A stretch of DNA of 64,000 nucleotides from a virus, in the IMG/VR virus record IMGVR_UViG_3300042907_001518, positions 1-64,000 of that record; one strand, 5' to 3'. A program made the position numbers and the translations under genes. Under the pieces are notes generated by a model. The model was not told the origin of the DNA, searched no databases, and saw only the letters and a program-made list of their open reading frames with translations. Each line of letters opens with the position of its first letter. Positions within the stretch are counted from its first letter, which is position 1. This document shows positions 1 to 10,590 of this stretch, one piece after another.

Positions 1-2
1 AG

Positions 3-104
3 GAAGCCATCAAGAGAAAATTACCATTCATAGATTATGCTGGTAAGATGTTGATTAAACGAGCTATAAAAAACGCAAGAAACAAGATAAACAAAAAGTC
101 ATGA
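3..104 (+). CDS. 3' end of a hypothetical protein (partial, runs off the window)
   Basis: Open frame EAIKRKLPFIDYAGKMLIKRAIKNARNK..., stop TGA at 102-104 overlapping the next ATG. Confidence 0.6.
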   Translation, partial: EAIKRKLPFIDYAGKMLIKRAIKNARNKINKKS

Positions 105-1744
105 GCAATCATTCAGATATTTGTTTTGTTACTGGTATTTGGGATCTAAATCGTGGTTCTTCTGAACCTGGGTGGCAAAGATCCTTCGATCATTATATTA
201 ATCATTTTATACAACTATTAAAAGATTTACACTCTCACAATTTGATCATTTTTATAGATCCTAGTCTTGAAGATATGATATGGAAATATAGAGATCCTAA
301 AAATACCAAAGTATACTATCATACCAAAAATGACTTCTCAGGAAGTTTTTTCCCATTTTTTGACCAAGTTCAAAATATAAGAAACAATCCAGAGTGGTAC
401 AATCAAGCCGGATGGTTAAAGGATAGCACACAAGGCAGTCTAGAATATTATAATCCTATGGTTATGAGTAAAATGTTCTTGCTCAATAATGCTAGATTAT
501 TTAATCCATTCAATAGTGATTACTATTATTGGATTGATGGTGGTATTACCAACACTCTTAGTCTAGGTTATTTCAATAATTCTGTTGTAATAAATAATTT
601 AATTAACTTATCTAAAAAGTTTCTATTTATTTGTTTTCCATATGAAACCAATTCTGAGATTCATGGTTTTAATATAGAGGCAATGAAAAAATTTAGCAAT
701 AGCGACACCGTGAATAGGGTGGCTCGCGGAGGATTTTTCGGAGGACACAAAAACTATATTCATCAAGCAAACGGATCGTACTACCAATTATTGCATAATT
801 CTCTACATGAAGGTTTTATGGGGACCGAAGAGAGTATTTTTACAATAATGACATATTTACAACCAGAAACGTACCACCACGAAATGATAAATGGTGACGG
901 ATTAGTATATACGTTTTTTGAAAAATTACAGGAAAAAGCTTATATAGCAAATAATTCTAAAGGAGTTAATCTATATATAAATACTTTTCAGTCTCCGTCT
1001 CAGTTGCAGATGTTATTAGACTCATTCGAAAAATATGAATCATCATTACTACAAAATACAAATAAAATTTTAATAAATAATACCCCCGACACCGATAAAA
1101 ATACAGAACTATTTAAACACTATGACAATATTTGTGCAAAATACCAATTCACGCAAATAAAAAATGGAAACATGGGTATTTGTGGATCTAGACAATGGTG
1201 TGCTGAACACTTTCAAGACTCAGATGCTGAATATATGTTATTTTTTGAAGATGATATGTTATTAGATTTTAATGGTAATTGTCCGTTTGGTTTTAATAAG
1301 AATGTCGAAAATTTATTAGAAACCATTATTGAGATAATGAATAAAGAGAAATATGATTTTCTAAAATTAAGCTTTAGCGAATTCTATGGACACAATGGAG
1401 ATCAGTGGAGTTGGCATAATGTTCCACAGAATCAAAAGATACAATATTTTGGTGAATTAGTTAATAGGCCGCCTACAAAATTCAATAATATCAAATCTTT
1501 AAACAACACACCATATGCCGATGGTGAGATTTACTATAGTAACTGGCCACATATTATAAGCAAAGAAGGCAACAAACGTTGCTTCTTGGATACAAAATGG
1601 GCTCATCCTTTTGAGCAAACTTGGATGAGTCATTTATATACTTTGGCACATAATAGTATTATTAGACCAGCAATACTTTTAGCTAGTCCTATAACACATA
1701 ATCGTGAACATCACTACCTTGCATCAGAAAGAAAAGAAAACTAA
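101..1744 (+). CDS. Two-domain glycosyltransferase-like protein (HtrL/YibB-like N-terminus plus GT-A-like C-terminus)
   Basis: FVTGIWDL, SKMFLL..A, YYWIDGG and GGFFGG motifs; second domain has MLFFEDD (DxD-like). Confidence 0.65.
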   Translation: MSNHSDICFVTGIWDLNRGSSEPGWQRSFDHYINHFIQLLKDLHSHNLIIFIDPSLEDMIWKYRDPKNTKVYYHTKNDFSGSFFPFFDQVQNIRNNPEWYNQAGWLKDSTQGSLEYYNPMVMSKMFLLNNARLFNPFNSDYYYWIDGGITNTLSLGYFNNSVVINNLINLSKKFLFICFPYETNSEIHGFNIEAMKKFSNSDTVNRVARGGFFGGHKNYIHQANGSYYQLLHNSLHEGFMGTEESIFTIMTYLQPETYHHEMINGDGLVYTFFEKLQEKAYIANNSKGVNLYINTFQSPSQLQMLLDSFEKYESSLLQNTNKILINNTPDTDKNTELFKHYDNICAKYQFTQIKNGNMGICGSRQWCAEHFQDSDAEYMLFFEDDMLLDFNGNCPFGFNKNVENLLETIIEIMNKEKYDFLKLSFSEFYGHNGDQWSWHNVPQNQKIQYFGELVNRPPTKFNNIKSLNNTPYADGEIYYSNWPHIISKEGNKRCFLDTKWAHPFEQTWMSHLYTLAHNSIIRPAILLASPITHNREHHYLASERKEN

Positions 1745-1753
1745 GGATAAATA

Positions 1754-3016
1754 ATGTCAGCAGAAAATACTATTTTTATTCAAATAGCCGCTTATAGAGA
1801 TCCGCAACTTTTACCAACCTTACGAGACGCTATAGATAAAGCAAAATTTCCAGAAAACTTAAGATTTGGTATATCGTGGCAGCATTGTGAAAATGATAGT
1901 TGGGATAATTTGGATAATTATAAGAATGATTCTAGATTTAAAATAATAGATATAGATTATCGAGATAGTAAAGGTGTCTGTTGGGCTAGAAATTTAGTAC
2001 AAAATCTTTATCAGGGAGAAGCTTACACTTTACAATTAGATAGTCATCATAGGTTTGTGGAAAACTGGGATACTACATTAATAGAAACTCTAACTAATCT
2101 GCAAAAAGAAGGATATCCAAAACCACTAATTACTGCTTATGTTCCTAGTTTTGATCCGGACAACGATCCAGAAAAACGAGTAATAGAACCATGGAAAATG
2201 ACCTTTGATAGATTTATTCCCGAAGGTGCTGTGTTCACATTACCAGCATCATATAATCCACAAATTGATGATGTTAGCAAACCATTACCAGCAAGATTTT
2301 ATAGTGCGCACTTTGCTTTTAGCGTAGGAGCATTTGCTAAAGAAGTACAACACGATCCAGAATACTATTTTCATGGAGAAGAAATTAATATTGCTGTTAG
2401 GGCTTTTACTCATGGATATGATTTATTTTATCCGAATACCATAGTATGCTGGCATGAATATACGAGAAAAGGACGAACTAAACAATGGGACGATGATAAA
2501 ACCTGGGGTCAAAAAAATACTCATTGTCATTCTAGAAATAGAAAATTATTTGGTATGGACGGAGAAATTAACGATATTGATTTTGGTAAATATGGATTTG
2601 GTAATACGAGAACGCTAAAACAATACGAAAAATACTCCGGATTATGTTTTAGCAACAGATGCATTACTCAGGATGTTATTGATCATATACCTCCTAAACT
2701 TTCTAATATGGAAATATCAGATGAGGAATTTGAATCAAAACTAATACCAATTTTTAAACATTGTATAGATATTGGCTATAATCAAGTAGAAGAAAATGAT
2801 TATGATTTTTGGTGTGTAGCATTCAAAGACCAAAACGGTAATGATATTTATAGACAAGATGCTGATGAGAACGAAATTGGAATCATGAAAAATGATCCCG
2901 ATGGATACTGCAAGATATGGCGAACATTTAGAACACAGATTCAACCACAAAGTTGGATAGTATGGCCCCATAGTAAATCAAAGGGCTGGGCAGATCCTAT
3001 AACTGGGAATATATGA
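1754..3016 (+). CDS. GT60-like (Skp1/mucin-type GlcNAc transferase-like) glycosyltransferase
   Basis: IFIQIAAYRDP, GVCWAR, LQLDSHHRF..WD, FHGEE...AVRAFTHGYDLF motifs. Confidence 0.75.
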   Translation: MSAENTIFIQIAAYRDPQLLPTLRDAIDKAKFPENLRFGISWQHCENDSWDNLDNYKNDSRFKIIDIDYRDSKGVCWARNLVQNLYQGEAYTLQLDSHHRFVENWDTTLIETLTNLQKEGYPKPLITAYVPSFDPDNDPEKRVIEPWKMTFDRFIPEGAVFTLPASYNPQIDDVSKPLPARFYSAHFAFSVGAFAKEVQHDPEYYFHGEEINIAVRAFTHGYDLFYPNTIVCWHEYTRKGRTKQWDDDKTWGQKNTHCHSRNRKLFGMDGEINDIDFGKYGFGNTRTLKQYEKYSGLCFSNRCITQDVIDHIPPKLSNMEISDEEFESKLIPIFKHCIDIGYNQVEENDYDFWCVAFKDQNGNDIYRQDADENEIGIMKNDPDGYCKIWRTFRTQIQPQSWIVWPHSKSKGWADPITGNI

Positions 3017-3017
3017 T

Positions 3018-3830
3018 ATGGCTATTATTATAGAGTATGATCAGGCAACAGGACTAGGTGATCAATATGCGAGTATATATAGTCTATATGGAGTATATCA
3101 AAAACTCAAACATAACACTAATTCTTCAATTATAGTATATTGTAATTCAAAAATAAGCCATTATTTTGGCAATAATATGCCAGGACTTGAATTTTATAGT
3201 AAAATTTTTGATTATTCTTTTTTAGATCAAATTTATTTCAATCAAAGTATTCCATCGTGTTTTGTACATAAAAAATATTGGCATAATAACTATTTTAGTT
3301 TCTATAGTGACAATAATATAGATGATCAATTGTTGAATAGTATTGATTTTGAATACATGGGACACACAACACTGTATAACAAAGATAATTCATATAATCC
3401 TCTAAATATTCAGCCGTTAATAAATAAAGATTTACTATATAATAATAATATTGTTGATCCATTTATAGTATTTCATTTGAGATTTCATGATTCATGGAAT
3501 GAAAATACAGACCCGGCTGAATTTTATAGAGTATATAAAAATATTCAATCTATAATAGAAACAAGATATTCTAAACATAGAATAGTAATAGGAGGTAGAA
3601 ATGGACTGGATCCAATATTAAAAAAAGTTGCATGTAAATATATCATTAAAACAGAGCAACACACCGATAATATCTATAACGATGTAATATCTTATGCTAA
3701 AGATATGGTTTTATACTCATATGCAGATAAAATTTTTGCATATTGTTATTGGCAAAGTAATTTTATAACATATTCTATATTGCATAATCAAAAGCAAAAA
3801 ACATATAAAAATTTAATAGAAAAAATATAA
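3018..3830 (+). CDS. Fucosyltransferase-like (GT-B) protein
   Basis: GLGDQ near N-terminus, FHLR motif, DM..YS.A and SNF motifs. Confidence 0.5.
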   Translation: MAIIIEYDQATGLGDQYASIYSLYGVYQKLKHNTNSSIIVYCNSKISHYFGNNMPGLEFYSKIFDYSFLDQIYFNQSIPSCFVHKKYWHNNYFSFYSDNNIDDQLLNSIDFEYMGHTTLYNKDNSYNPLNIQPLINKDLLYNNNIVDPFIVFHLRFHDSWNENTDPAEFYRVYKNIQSIIETRYSKHRIVIGGRNGLDPILKKVACKYIIKTEQHTDNIYNDVISYAKDMVLYSYADKIFAYCYWQSNFITYSILHNQKQKTYKNLIEKI

Positions 3831-3839
3831 AAGTTTTCA

Positions 3840-4547
3840 ATGAGCTACATATACTGCACAATAGCTATTGGTAAAAAATATCTAGATATAGCTATTGAAT
3901 TTGCTAAGGAATTAAATAATAAATCGAATACGCACAAAGTATTGATAGTAACTGATGAAGAATCACTCGATATCCCAAATACTTATTTCATACCATTTGA
4001 TAAAAATAATGTAACTTTTATACAAAATATATTTAACTATAATTTAAAATACATTCCGATGATGGAGTGTTCAAAATTATATTATAATTTTATTATCTTT
4101 ATTGATGCTGATTGGCGATTACATGAACTATATAAAGAAGAAAAAATATTAGAATTTTTAGATAAGTTTGATAAAAGCGAATATGATTTCATATTTGAAA
4201 GACCACATACTATTGGAGTCCATAAATATAATAAAGCCACCTGTTTTTGGAAACATAAAATAGAACCATACAAACTATTGCAAACAAGAAAATATGATGA
4301 TGCCCATGTTGTTAATGAACAATTCATGGTCTTTAAAAATAATGATAAATTTAAAATATTTTGTGATAGATGGAAAGAAAGAAATGATTTTGGTATTCAA
4401 AATAATATTTGGGCATTTGCCGAAGGGCTTGAAATAGGTATGTCTGCTATTGATGCTAATATGACAATGAATTGGCAACTTATGAGATCTTTGAAACAAT
4501 GTTTTAGATTTCAAAACAATACTGGAATATCTTTTGAAAGATTTTGA
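3840..4547 (+). CDS. GT-A fold glycosyltransferase-like protein
   Basis: CTIAIGKKY start, FIDAD DxD motif, operon context. Confidence 0.55.
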   Translation: MSYIYCTIAIGKKYLDIAIEFAKELNNKSNTHKVLIVTDEESLDIPNTYFIPFDKNNVTFIQNIFNYNLKYIPMMECSKLYYNFIIFIDADWRLHELYKEEKILEFLDKFDKSEYDFIFERPHTIGVHKYNKATCFWKHKIEPYKLLQTRKYDDAHVVNEQFMVFKNNDKFKIFCDRWKERNDFGIQNNIWAFAEGLEIGMSAIDANMTMNWQLMRSLKQCFRFQNNTGISFERF

Positions 4548-5530
4548 TAATGAAAATTTTAAATATACGTCATGCTTTTGCTGACCATGGAAAATACTAT
4601 CCAACAAGTTTTTTTCAAAAACTATATGATAGGCTATTAATAGAATATCCAGATTATGAATTTATAATTGATAATAGTCCTGATTATGAAAATCATGGAC
4701 AAGGATCTGTATATAGTTGTTTGAATTTTTCTATTATTAATCCAGATAATAAATATATACTAGTATCTTTTTTTGATAATTGGCGATATCATTTTATGAA
4801 ACATATGGGATGGCGACCAGAACTAATGACACAATTTCTATATCCAGGAGGTTTTAACTATGCTGAATATTTTTATTTCAAACATTTAGAAAGAGATAAT
4901 ACTGATATATTATGTCCGAGCAACATAAATAAAATTTATCAATCTTTTTACTATCCAACATATAATGTATCGGACGAAGCATATGTATCAGAACTATACG
5001 AATCTAGGAATATAAGAACAGCCATACCAGAACTATACTTTCATGGCTGCTTATGGGATTTTAGACAAACAATGATGGATGGATTAGATGATAGTTCTAT
5101 TTATGTTTCAGATAAACATGGAAGAAATTTAGATTATAACTTATACCTAAATTACATGAGCCACTATCGTTGCGCATTAAGTCTACCGGGCGGAACTGAA
5201 ATTTGTAATAGAGATATAGAGTGTTTTAGTATAGGCGTACCAATCATAAGACCAACGTTGTCTATTAATTTTGAGGATCCATTAATTCCTAACTATCATT
5301 ATATTAGTTGCTATGATAATTGTAAATATTGGGATGGATACCCCTCCTACCTATCATATAAAGACTTTCAAGAATCTTTGAAAGACTGCTGGAGCAGAGT
5401 AAAGAATAACATTGAGTATCTTGAATTTGTAGCTAATAATGCTAGGCGGTGGTATCTAAGAAATTGCACAATAGATAATAATATCAAATATATAATGTCT
5501 AAAATAGATCTGGAGACTTTAAATGGTTAA
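4544..5530 (+). CDS. Glycosyltransferase-like protein (GT-B-like C-terminal domain)
   Basis: ALSLPGG..C.RD.E...G.P, P.YHYI and VA.NARRWY motifs. Confidence 0.5.
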   Translation: MIMKILNIRHAFADHGKYYPTSFFQKLYDRLLIEYPDYEFIIDNSPDYENHGQGSVYSCLNFSIINPDNKYILVSFFDNWRYHFMKHMGWRPELMTQFLYPGGFNYAEYFYFKHLERDNTDILCPSNINKIYQSFYYPTYNVSDEAYVSELYESRNIRTAIPELYFHGCLWDFRQTMMDGLDDSSIYVSDKHGRNLDYNLYLNYMSHYRCALSLPGGTEICNRDIECFSIGVPIIRPTLSINFEDPLIPNYHYISCYDNCKYWDGYPSYLSYKDFQESLKDCWSRVKNNIEYLEFVANNARRWYLRNCTIDNNIKYIMSKIDLETLNG

Positions 5531-6134
5531 CGGTGGTTTTGCATATGGATACTTATTTATAAGTCAACATCCCGACGCCCAAAAAATTTTCACAGATTTA
5601 TTTGATGTGGTAAGGCCATCCAGAATATTGGAAATTGGTACGTTTCATGGTGGTCTAACATTGATGCTCAGAGACTGTTTAGACAATATGGGCTTATCCG
5701 GCTCGGTCATTAGAACGTACGATATTTTGGAACAAGAATTTTTAAAACCATTAGTTAAAGGTAGGTTGGTGGAAGTCTATAAAAAAAATCTATTTGATGA
5801 TAGTTATACTGGTTTTATAAACGAAGAGGCTGAGAATGAAGTAAAATCTTTTATTCAGCAAGATGGGGTGACGGTGGTTCTATGTGATGGAGGATGTAAA
5901 AAGTGCGAATATGGCCTATTAGCACCGCTGCTCAAAAATCAAGATATTATTATGGCCCATGATTATTGTCCAAATAAAGACTACTTTAATGAATATATGA
6001 AAGATAAAATATGGGACTGGTGTGAAATTGAAGATAAAGATATCGATATTATTAGTAAAGACTATAATCTAGTTTCTTTTCATCAAGACAAATTATTATC
6101 CATAGCCTGGAATTGCAGAATTAAAAATGATTAA
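5523..6134 (+). CDS. Class I SAM-dependent methyltransferase (CmcI-like)
   Basis: ILEIGTFHGG SAM-binding motif; CDGG and AHDY motifs. Confidence 0.7.
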   Translation: MVNGGFAYGYLFISQHPDAQKIFTDLFDVVRPSRILEIGTFHGGLTLMLRDCLDNMGLSGSVIRTYDILEQEFLKPLVKGRLVEVYKKNLFDDSYTGFINEEAENEVKSFIQQDGVTVVLCDGGCKKCEYGLLAPLLKNQDIIMAHDYCPNKDYFNEYMKDKIWDWCEIEDKDIDIISKDYNLVSFHQDKLLSIAWNCRIKND

Positions 6135-7149
6135 AGAACTATGTGTGGTTGGCCATCCATCTAAATTAGGTGGCGCAGACACAGAGCTGGAGCATCAGAT
6201 AAGGCTTTGGAGAGAGATGGGTGTGGATGTATATCTTTGTCACACCTCTGGATTTGATAATCGGGCCAATACAATGAAAGAACAAATGCTTTCTATTGGA
6301 TGTAAATATATTCCATCAAAATCATGGAAAGATCTAAAAGATTTTCATGTTATATCTTTTTGTAATGGTCAATTTTTAGCTAATATAGAAGAAATAAAAA
6401 AATATGCAAAATCAACCACGTTTGTTAACTGCATGACTTGGAATTTTGAAAAAGAACTTAAAGCACACGAAAATGGATTGATAGACTTTTTCTTATATCA
6501 AACACAACATCAGTTCGATAAAGGTAGTATTAAATTAAAAACAATATCATCAACATATAATCCATTGTTTTTTAATCCATATTTTGATAATAGTGATTTT
6601 CCCTTTATAGAAAGAAAAAATAATGATTTCTTTAGATTTGGAAGAATATCTAGGGGAGATGCTGACAAATACAATAAACACCAGATATGGATTTGGGAAA
6701 CAATGACAGCGCCAGTATTAAAAAGCGGTATTGTACTAGGATGGGATCATAGAGCAATGTGTAAGCTCGGAGGATTACCTTCTTATGTGAAAGGATATGA
6801 AGAAGGAGCGATTACTCAACAAGAATTCTATAAAGAATGTGATGTTATTATTATGAGCACAGATACTTATGAGAATTTACCTAGAGTGGGTTTTGAAGCA
6901 ATGAGTTCAGGATCGTTATTAGTTGTTGATGATAAAGGCGGATGGAAAGTTTTAGTAGAAAATGGAAAAACAGGATGGCTATGTAAAGATAATAGGGAAT
7001 TTATTTATAAAGCATCTAGATCAGCATTTGAGATCGAAGAAACCCATAATATGAGAATATCTGCTAGAGAAAAATTATTAAATGAATGGGGTAAAGAAAG
7101 CAGTATGAAATCATGGCAAAATATTTTTGATAAGTGGTCAAATATTTAA
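6127..7149 (+). CDS. GT4-like glycosyltransferase
   Basis: GGADTE N-terminal motif; ENLPRVGFEAMSSG (E-x7-E); GKTGWL. Confidence 0.75.
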   Translation: MIKELCVVGHPSKLGGADTELEHQIRLWREMGVDVYLCHTSGFDNRANTMKEQMLSIGCKYIPSKSWKDLKDFHVISFCNGQFLANIEEIKKYAKSTTFVNCMTWNFEKELKAHENGLIDFFLYQTQHQFDKGSIKLKTISSTYNPLFFNPYFDNSDFPFIERKNNDFFRFGRISRGDADKYNKHQIWIWETMTAPVLKSGIVLGWDHRAMCKLGGLPSYVKGYEEGAITQQEFYKECDVIIMSTDTYENLPRVGFEAMSSGSLLVVDDKGGWKVLVENGKTGWLCKDNREFIYKASRSAFEIEETHNMRISAREKLLNEWGKESSMKSWQNIFDKWSNI

Positions 7150-7157
7150 TATCTAAA

Positions 7158-7862
7158 CTATGGACACTTAGAATTTGTTGGAGTAACAGTTGGTGTCCTA
7201 GTTGGACTGATGGCCGGCGTGCCTGTTAAAGAAGGAGAGGGTGTTTTAGTTGGTGTTGGTAATGGTGTTTTAGTTGCGGTTGGTGTTATTGCTGCTGTAG
7301 CTGGTGGCGTTTTAGTGGGTGTTTGAGATACTCCCGGAGTTGATGCGGCTGTTTTAGTTGGTGTGCGTGTTGTAGTATGTGTGGGAGTTCTTGTCGGAGT
7401 TTTGGTTGGGGTTGTAGTGTTTGTTGGTGTTGGGGTCGGGCCGCTAGTTGCTGTTAAACTAACAGTTGCTCCTGGGGTTGCGGTTGGTGTTTTTGTTGGA
7501 GTTTTAGTTGGTGTTGCTGTTGGCGTTGGTGTAGGACTTGATCCAATGCTCTTACTAGGAGTAATACTAGGAGTAGGCGTAAGGCTTGATGATGCTGCCG
7601 GTGTTGATGTGTTAGATGGTGAAACGCCAGGAGTGTTTACTGGTGTTTCTGAAACAACATATGGCGTTGTCCAATTACTACAAGACGGACAAGACTGAGT
7701 AATCGCTGGCGTAGCTGTGGGCGTTGGTGATGGGGCCGGAGAAGCTGTTAATGATGGCGTGACTGTTCTAGTAACGCTAACAGTGGGCTCTGGTGTTTTT
7801 GTTGCGGTTTTTGTTAGCGTTGGTGTTGGGGATAGACATATACTCATATTACATTTCTCCAA
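7158..7862 (-). CDS. Pro/Thr-rich mucin-like protein, probably virion-associated
   Basis: Almost entirely TPTxT repeats with a few Cys; last gene of the structural arm. Confidence 0.6.
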   Translation of the reverse strand: MEKCNMSICLSPTPTLTKTATKTPEPTVSVTRTVTPSLTASPAPSPTPTATPAITQSCPSCSNWTTPYVVSETPVNTPGVSPSNTSTPAASSSLTPTPSITPSKSIGSSPTPTPTATPTKTPTKTPTATPGATVSLTATSGPTPTPTNTTTPTKTPTRTPTHTTTRTPTKTAASTPGVSQTPTKTPPATAAITPTATKTPLPTPTKTPSPSLTGTPAISPTRTPTVTPTNSKCP

Positions 7863-10581
7863 TTCCTAATTTTTCCATCTTAATAGCTATTGCTGGCGCG
7901 GAACAATCCACTGGTAGGTTAAGTTTATTTCTTACAGAAATCATAGAGCCTTTACGAATACCTTCTTCACAATAGTCTATACCAGCAGCATACTCTACTA
8001 GTATTATACCTTCAGTACTATCAATACGACTATAGGTACCGTATACTGTTGGAGTAATTGGCTCCGGATGTCTTTGTAATACAATATATTTTTCTGTTGA
8101 TGTATCAAAATATGCATATACTAATTCACCAATTTTATGTGTTTTTCCTAATCTGTCCACAATATTAATCATCACAGCAGCTTCACGTTCCGGTTCATCT
8201 CCACTAGATGACGAAGATGGGCTTGGTGATGGTGTTGGGGTTGGTGTTGCTGTGGGTGTTGGGGTTGTGGTCGATGTTGGAGTTGGTGTTAGTGTGGGCG
8301 TGCTGGTTTGTGTGGCGGTGGGGGTTGGAGTAGGAGTACTAGTTTCTGTTGGTGTTGGAGTTGGTTCGCTGGATGAGCTACTATCACACGTAGTGGTACC
8401 TATGGTAATACTTCCAGTACTAACTACTCCTAAAATTTTAATAACAGCTGTAGTAAATACGAGACCACCACTTCCAAGGGTCACTCCTGTAATTACTGTT
8501 GTTGTTTGAGGCGCGCTGGGAGAAGGCGCTGGAGTATTAGTTGGTGTGGGAGTTGGAGTGGGCGTTACTGAGCAAGGACATTCTACTTCGCTATCAAATG
8601 GTCCACTAACAATATTGTCAACACCACAAAATAATGGATCATCAGATCTTCTACATATAAACTGAGGGTTGCCAAGTTCATCTGTTCCATCGGTACAACA
8701 ATACCATTTAATATTCTCTTCGGCATCACATGGTCCTATATTAACTAATATCCATTCATATTCTTTTTTACTAATTCCATCACCACAAGCCTTATCATCT
8801 CCATATTGTGCATTAACTTTAGAACCTTCTTTATCAAATAGTTGTTTACCATATGGTATGATAACGCCTTTACCTTCACTATAACAGTGAACAGTATCTG
8901 TAATTTTAGCAACAACAATTTTATAGGATTGTGGACTTACCCATAAGCCTCTATCTCTATCAAAACGTAAATCAATAGGAGCTGCTGGCCAAGTTGATGG
9001 TTTCTTTAACCAGTCTTGTAAAAATTCATCTTTTAGGTATGTATTCTTAAAAGTTCCTTGTTTTGCAGCTTCTTCTGCATCTGAAGCATTTGGTACTGGT
9101 TTTCCATCTAAGTCATAACCCCAACTATGTAGTACTATTGGTCCTCTCATTGCGATAAAACGATAGTCATCAGCATACTTATCGTTATCGTCTGGTCTAT
9201 ACATATTAATAATGATACCACTATTAGGAACCTGATCGCCTCTACCAAGAATATCTATTGCGTGACCAGCACCTGGACCCTTATGATGATGTTCATCAGA
9301 ACTAAAATTATTAGTTAGTGGATTATTATATTCCTGAGTAATTTCTAAATTATATTGTTCATGTATTAAATCTTTAGCACTACAATCTCCACTGACAGAA
9401 AATGGAGGCTGTGGAGAAATCGGGGATGATTTGTGTCCCTGTGGATTAAAAGTAGCATATCTAGGTAGTCCACCATCCCCCTTTAAAGATACTGGGCCGA
9501 TCAAACCATCCCAACTCATATAAGCCTTTTTATCATACTCATATGTCATTTCATTAACACTTTTACTCAAAGTGTTCGTTCCAACAACTGTTCTTTGACT
9601 CTGGTTATCCTGTGACCCATCCCAATCGTACATTTCAGCCACTAAAACGCGTTGTAATGAAGCTTCTCTATTAGTGCCAGGTAATTTATTTTCTATTACG
9701 GATTGTCTTTTTGCATTTTGTATTTTACGGCCAATCTTATTTTGAACAATTTGAGCAGATCGTAGGAATTTAAGTTGTTCTTGTCTGTTTTTGGCTATAT
9801 CTTTAAATTTATCAATAAAATGTCTATTTAAACTACCAAACTTAGGAGTATATGTTTTGAATTCATAACTAGTTGTTACTCCACCAGAACCAAAGGTAAA
9901 ATTAATATTAGTAAGATTAGGACCACCAGCACCGGCCGTTGCTCCTAGACTAGCCAAGTCTGGTAAACCAGGTATTGTAACACCACCAGTTTCTGCTCTA
10001 GTTAAACCTATAGCAGATGATTCTACAATAGATGATCCGGCAGAGTTCATTGCTGCTGTGGATCCAAAAACCCAAGGACATAAATCAGCATCTACTGCTA
10101 CAGATGTGCCACCGGAACTATTTCCAAAATTTGATGATGCGTATGGTCCATACATTTTAACATTGCTACGCATTGGCACCATAGCGGCAGATGGCATGAC
10201 CGCCGCAGGCTGATATCCCATTTGATTCATGCTATGAGAATCAACAGCATTTTGAACCTTTTGTAACCACTCTACATCTGCTCCGCACACAGTTTGTGGC
10301 TGAAAATTTCTAGCATTATCTTCATCAACATTATTACCATTAGGGTCTTGAGGTTTTAATCCGGTAGTAGTAAATAACAAAGATCTAATTAGATTTTTAT
10401 AGTCCTCACAAACCGTTTGAGAACACATATCACTAAACTTAATAACTATATTTGGTTCATTACGCCATATATAAATTTTTTCATCTACTTCGGCTTTAAT
10501 CCAAGTAAGATTACCAGCGGCCACAATCTCTTCATCAGATAGTTTAGAGATATCTAATTTTCCACAGTTAATACCGGCCAT
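7849..10581 (-). CDS. Tail tip/baseplate-associated protein with Pro/Thr tracts
   Basis: 910 aa, downstream of tape measure and distal tail genes; PTPTPT linkers and Cys clusters near C-terminus. Confidence 0.55.
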   Translation of the reverse strand: MAGINCGKLDISKLSDEEIVAAGNLTWIKAEVDEKIYIWRNEPNIVIKFSDMCSQTVCEDYKNLIRSLLFTTTGLKPQDPNGNNVDEDNARNFQPQTVCGADVEWLQKVQNAVDSHSMNQMGYQPAAVMPSAAMVPMRSNVKMYGPYASSNFGNSSGGTSVAVDADLCPWVFGSTAAMNSAGSSIVESSAIGLTRAETGGVTIPGLPDLASLGATAGAGGPNLTNINFTFGSGGVTTSYEFKTYTPKFGSLNRHFIDKFKDIAKNRQEQLKFLRSAQIVQNKIGRKIQNAKRQSVIENKLPGTNREASLQRVLVAEMYDWDGSQDNQSQRTVVGTNTLSKSVNEMTYEYDKKAYMSWDGLIGPVSLKGDGGLPRYATFNPQGHKSSPISPQPPFSVSGDCSAKDLIHEQYNLEITQEYNNPLTNNFSSDEHHHKGPGAGHAIDILGRGDQVPNSGIIINMYRPDDNDKYADDYRFIAMRGPIVLHSWGYDLDGKPVPNASDAEEAAKQGTFKNTYLKDEFLQDWLKKPSTWPAAPIDLRFDRDRGLWVSPQSYKIVVAKITDTVHCYSEGKGVIIPYGKQLFDKEGSKVNAQYGDDKACGDGISKKEYEWILVNIGPCDAEENIKWYCCTDGTDELGNPQFICRRSDDPLFCGVDNIVSGPFDSEVECPCSVTPTPTPTPTNTPAPSPSAPQTTTVITGVTLGSGGLVFTTAVIKILGVVSTGSITIGTTTCDSSSSSEPTPTPTETSTPTPTPTATQTSTPTLTPTPTSTTTPTPTATPTPTPSPSPSSSSSGDEPEREAAVMINIVDRLGKTHKIGELVYAYFDTSTEKYIVLQRHPEPITPTVYGTYSRIDSTEGIILVEYAAGIDYCEEGIRKGSMISVRNKLNLPVDCSAPAIAIKMEKLGIGEM

Positions 10582-10590
10582 ATAGTGTCC

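Noticed and set aside
7363-8509. Val/Gly-rich + strand ORFs (7363-7698, 8252-8509; also 28191-28400)
   Set aside because: They are antisense shadows of the Pro/Thr repeat coding on the - strand.
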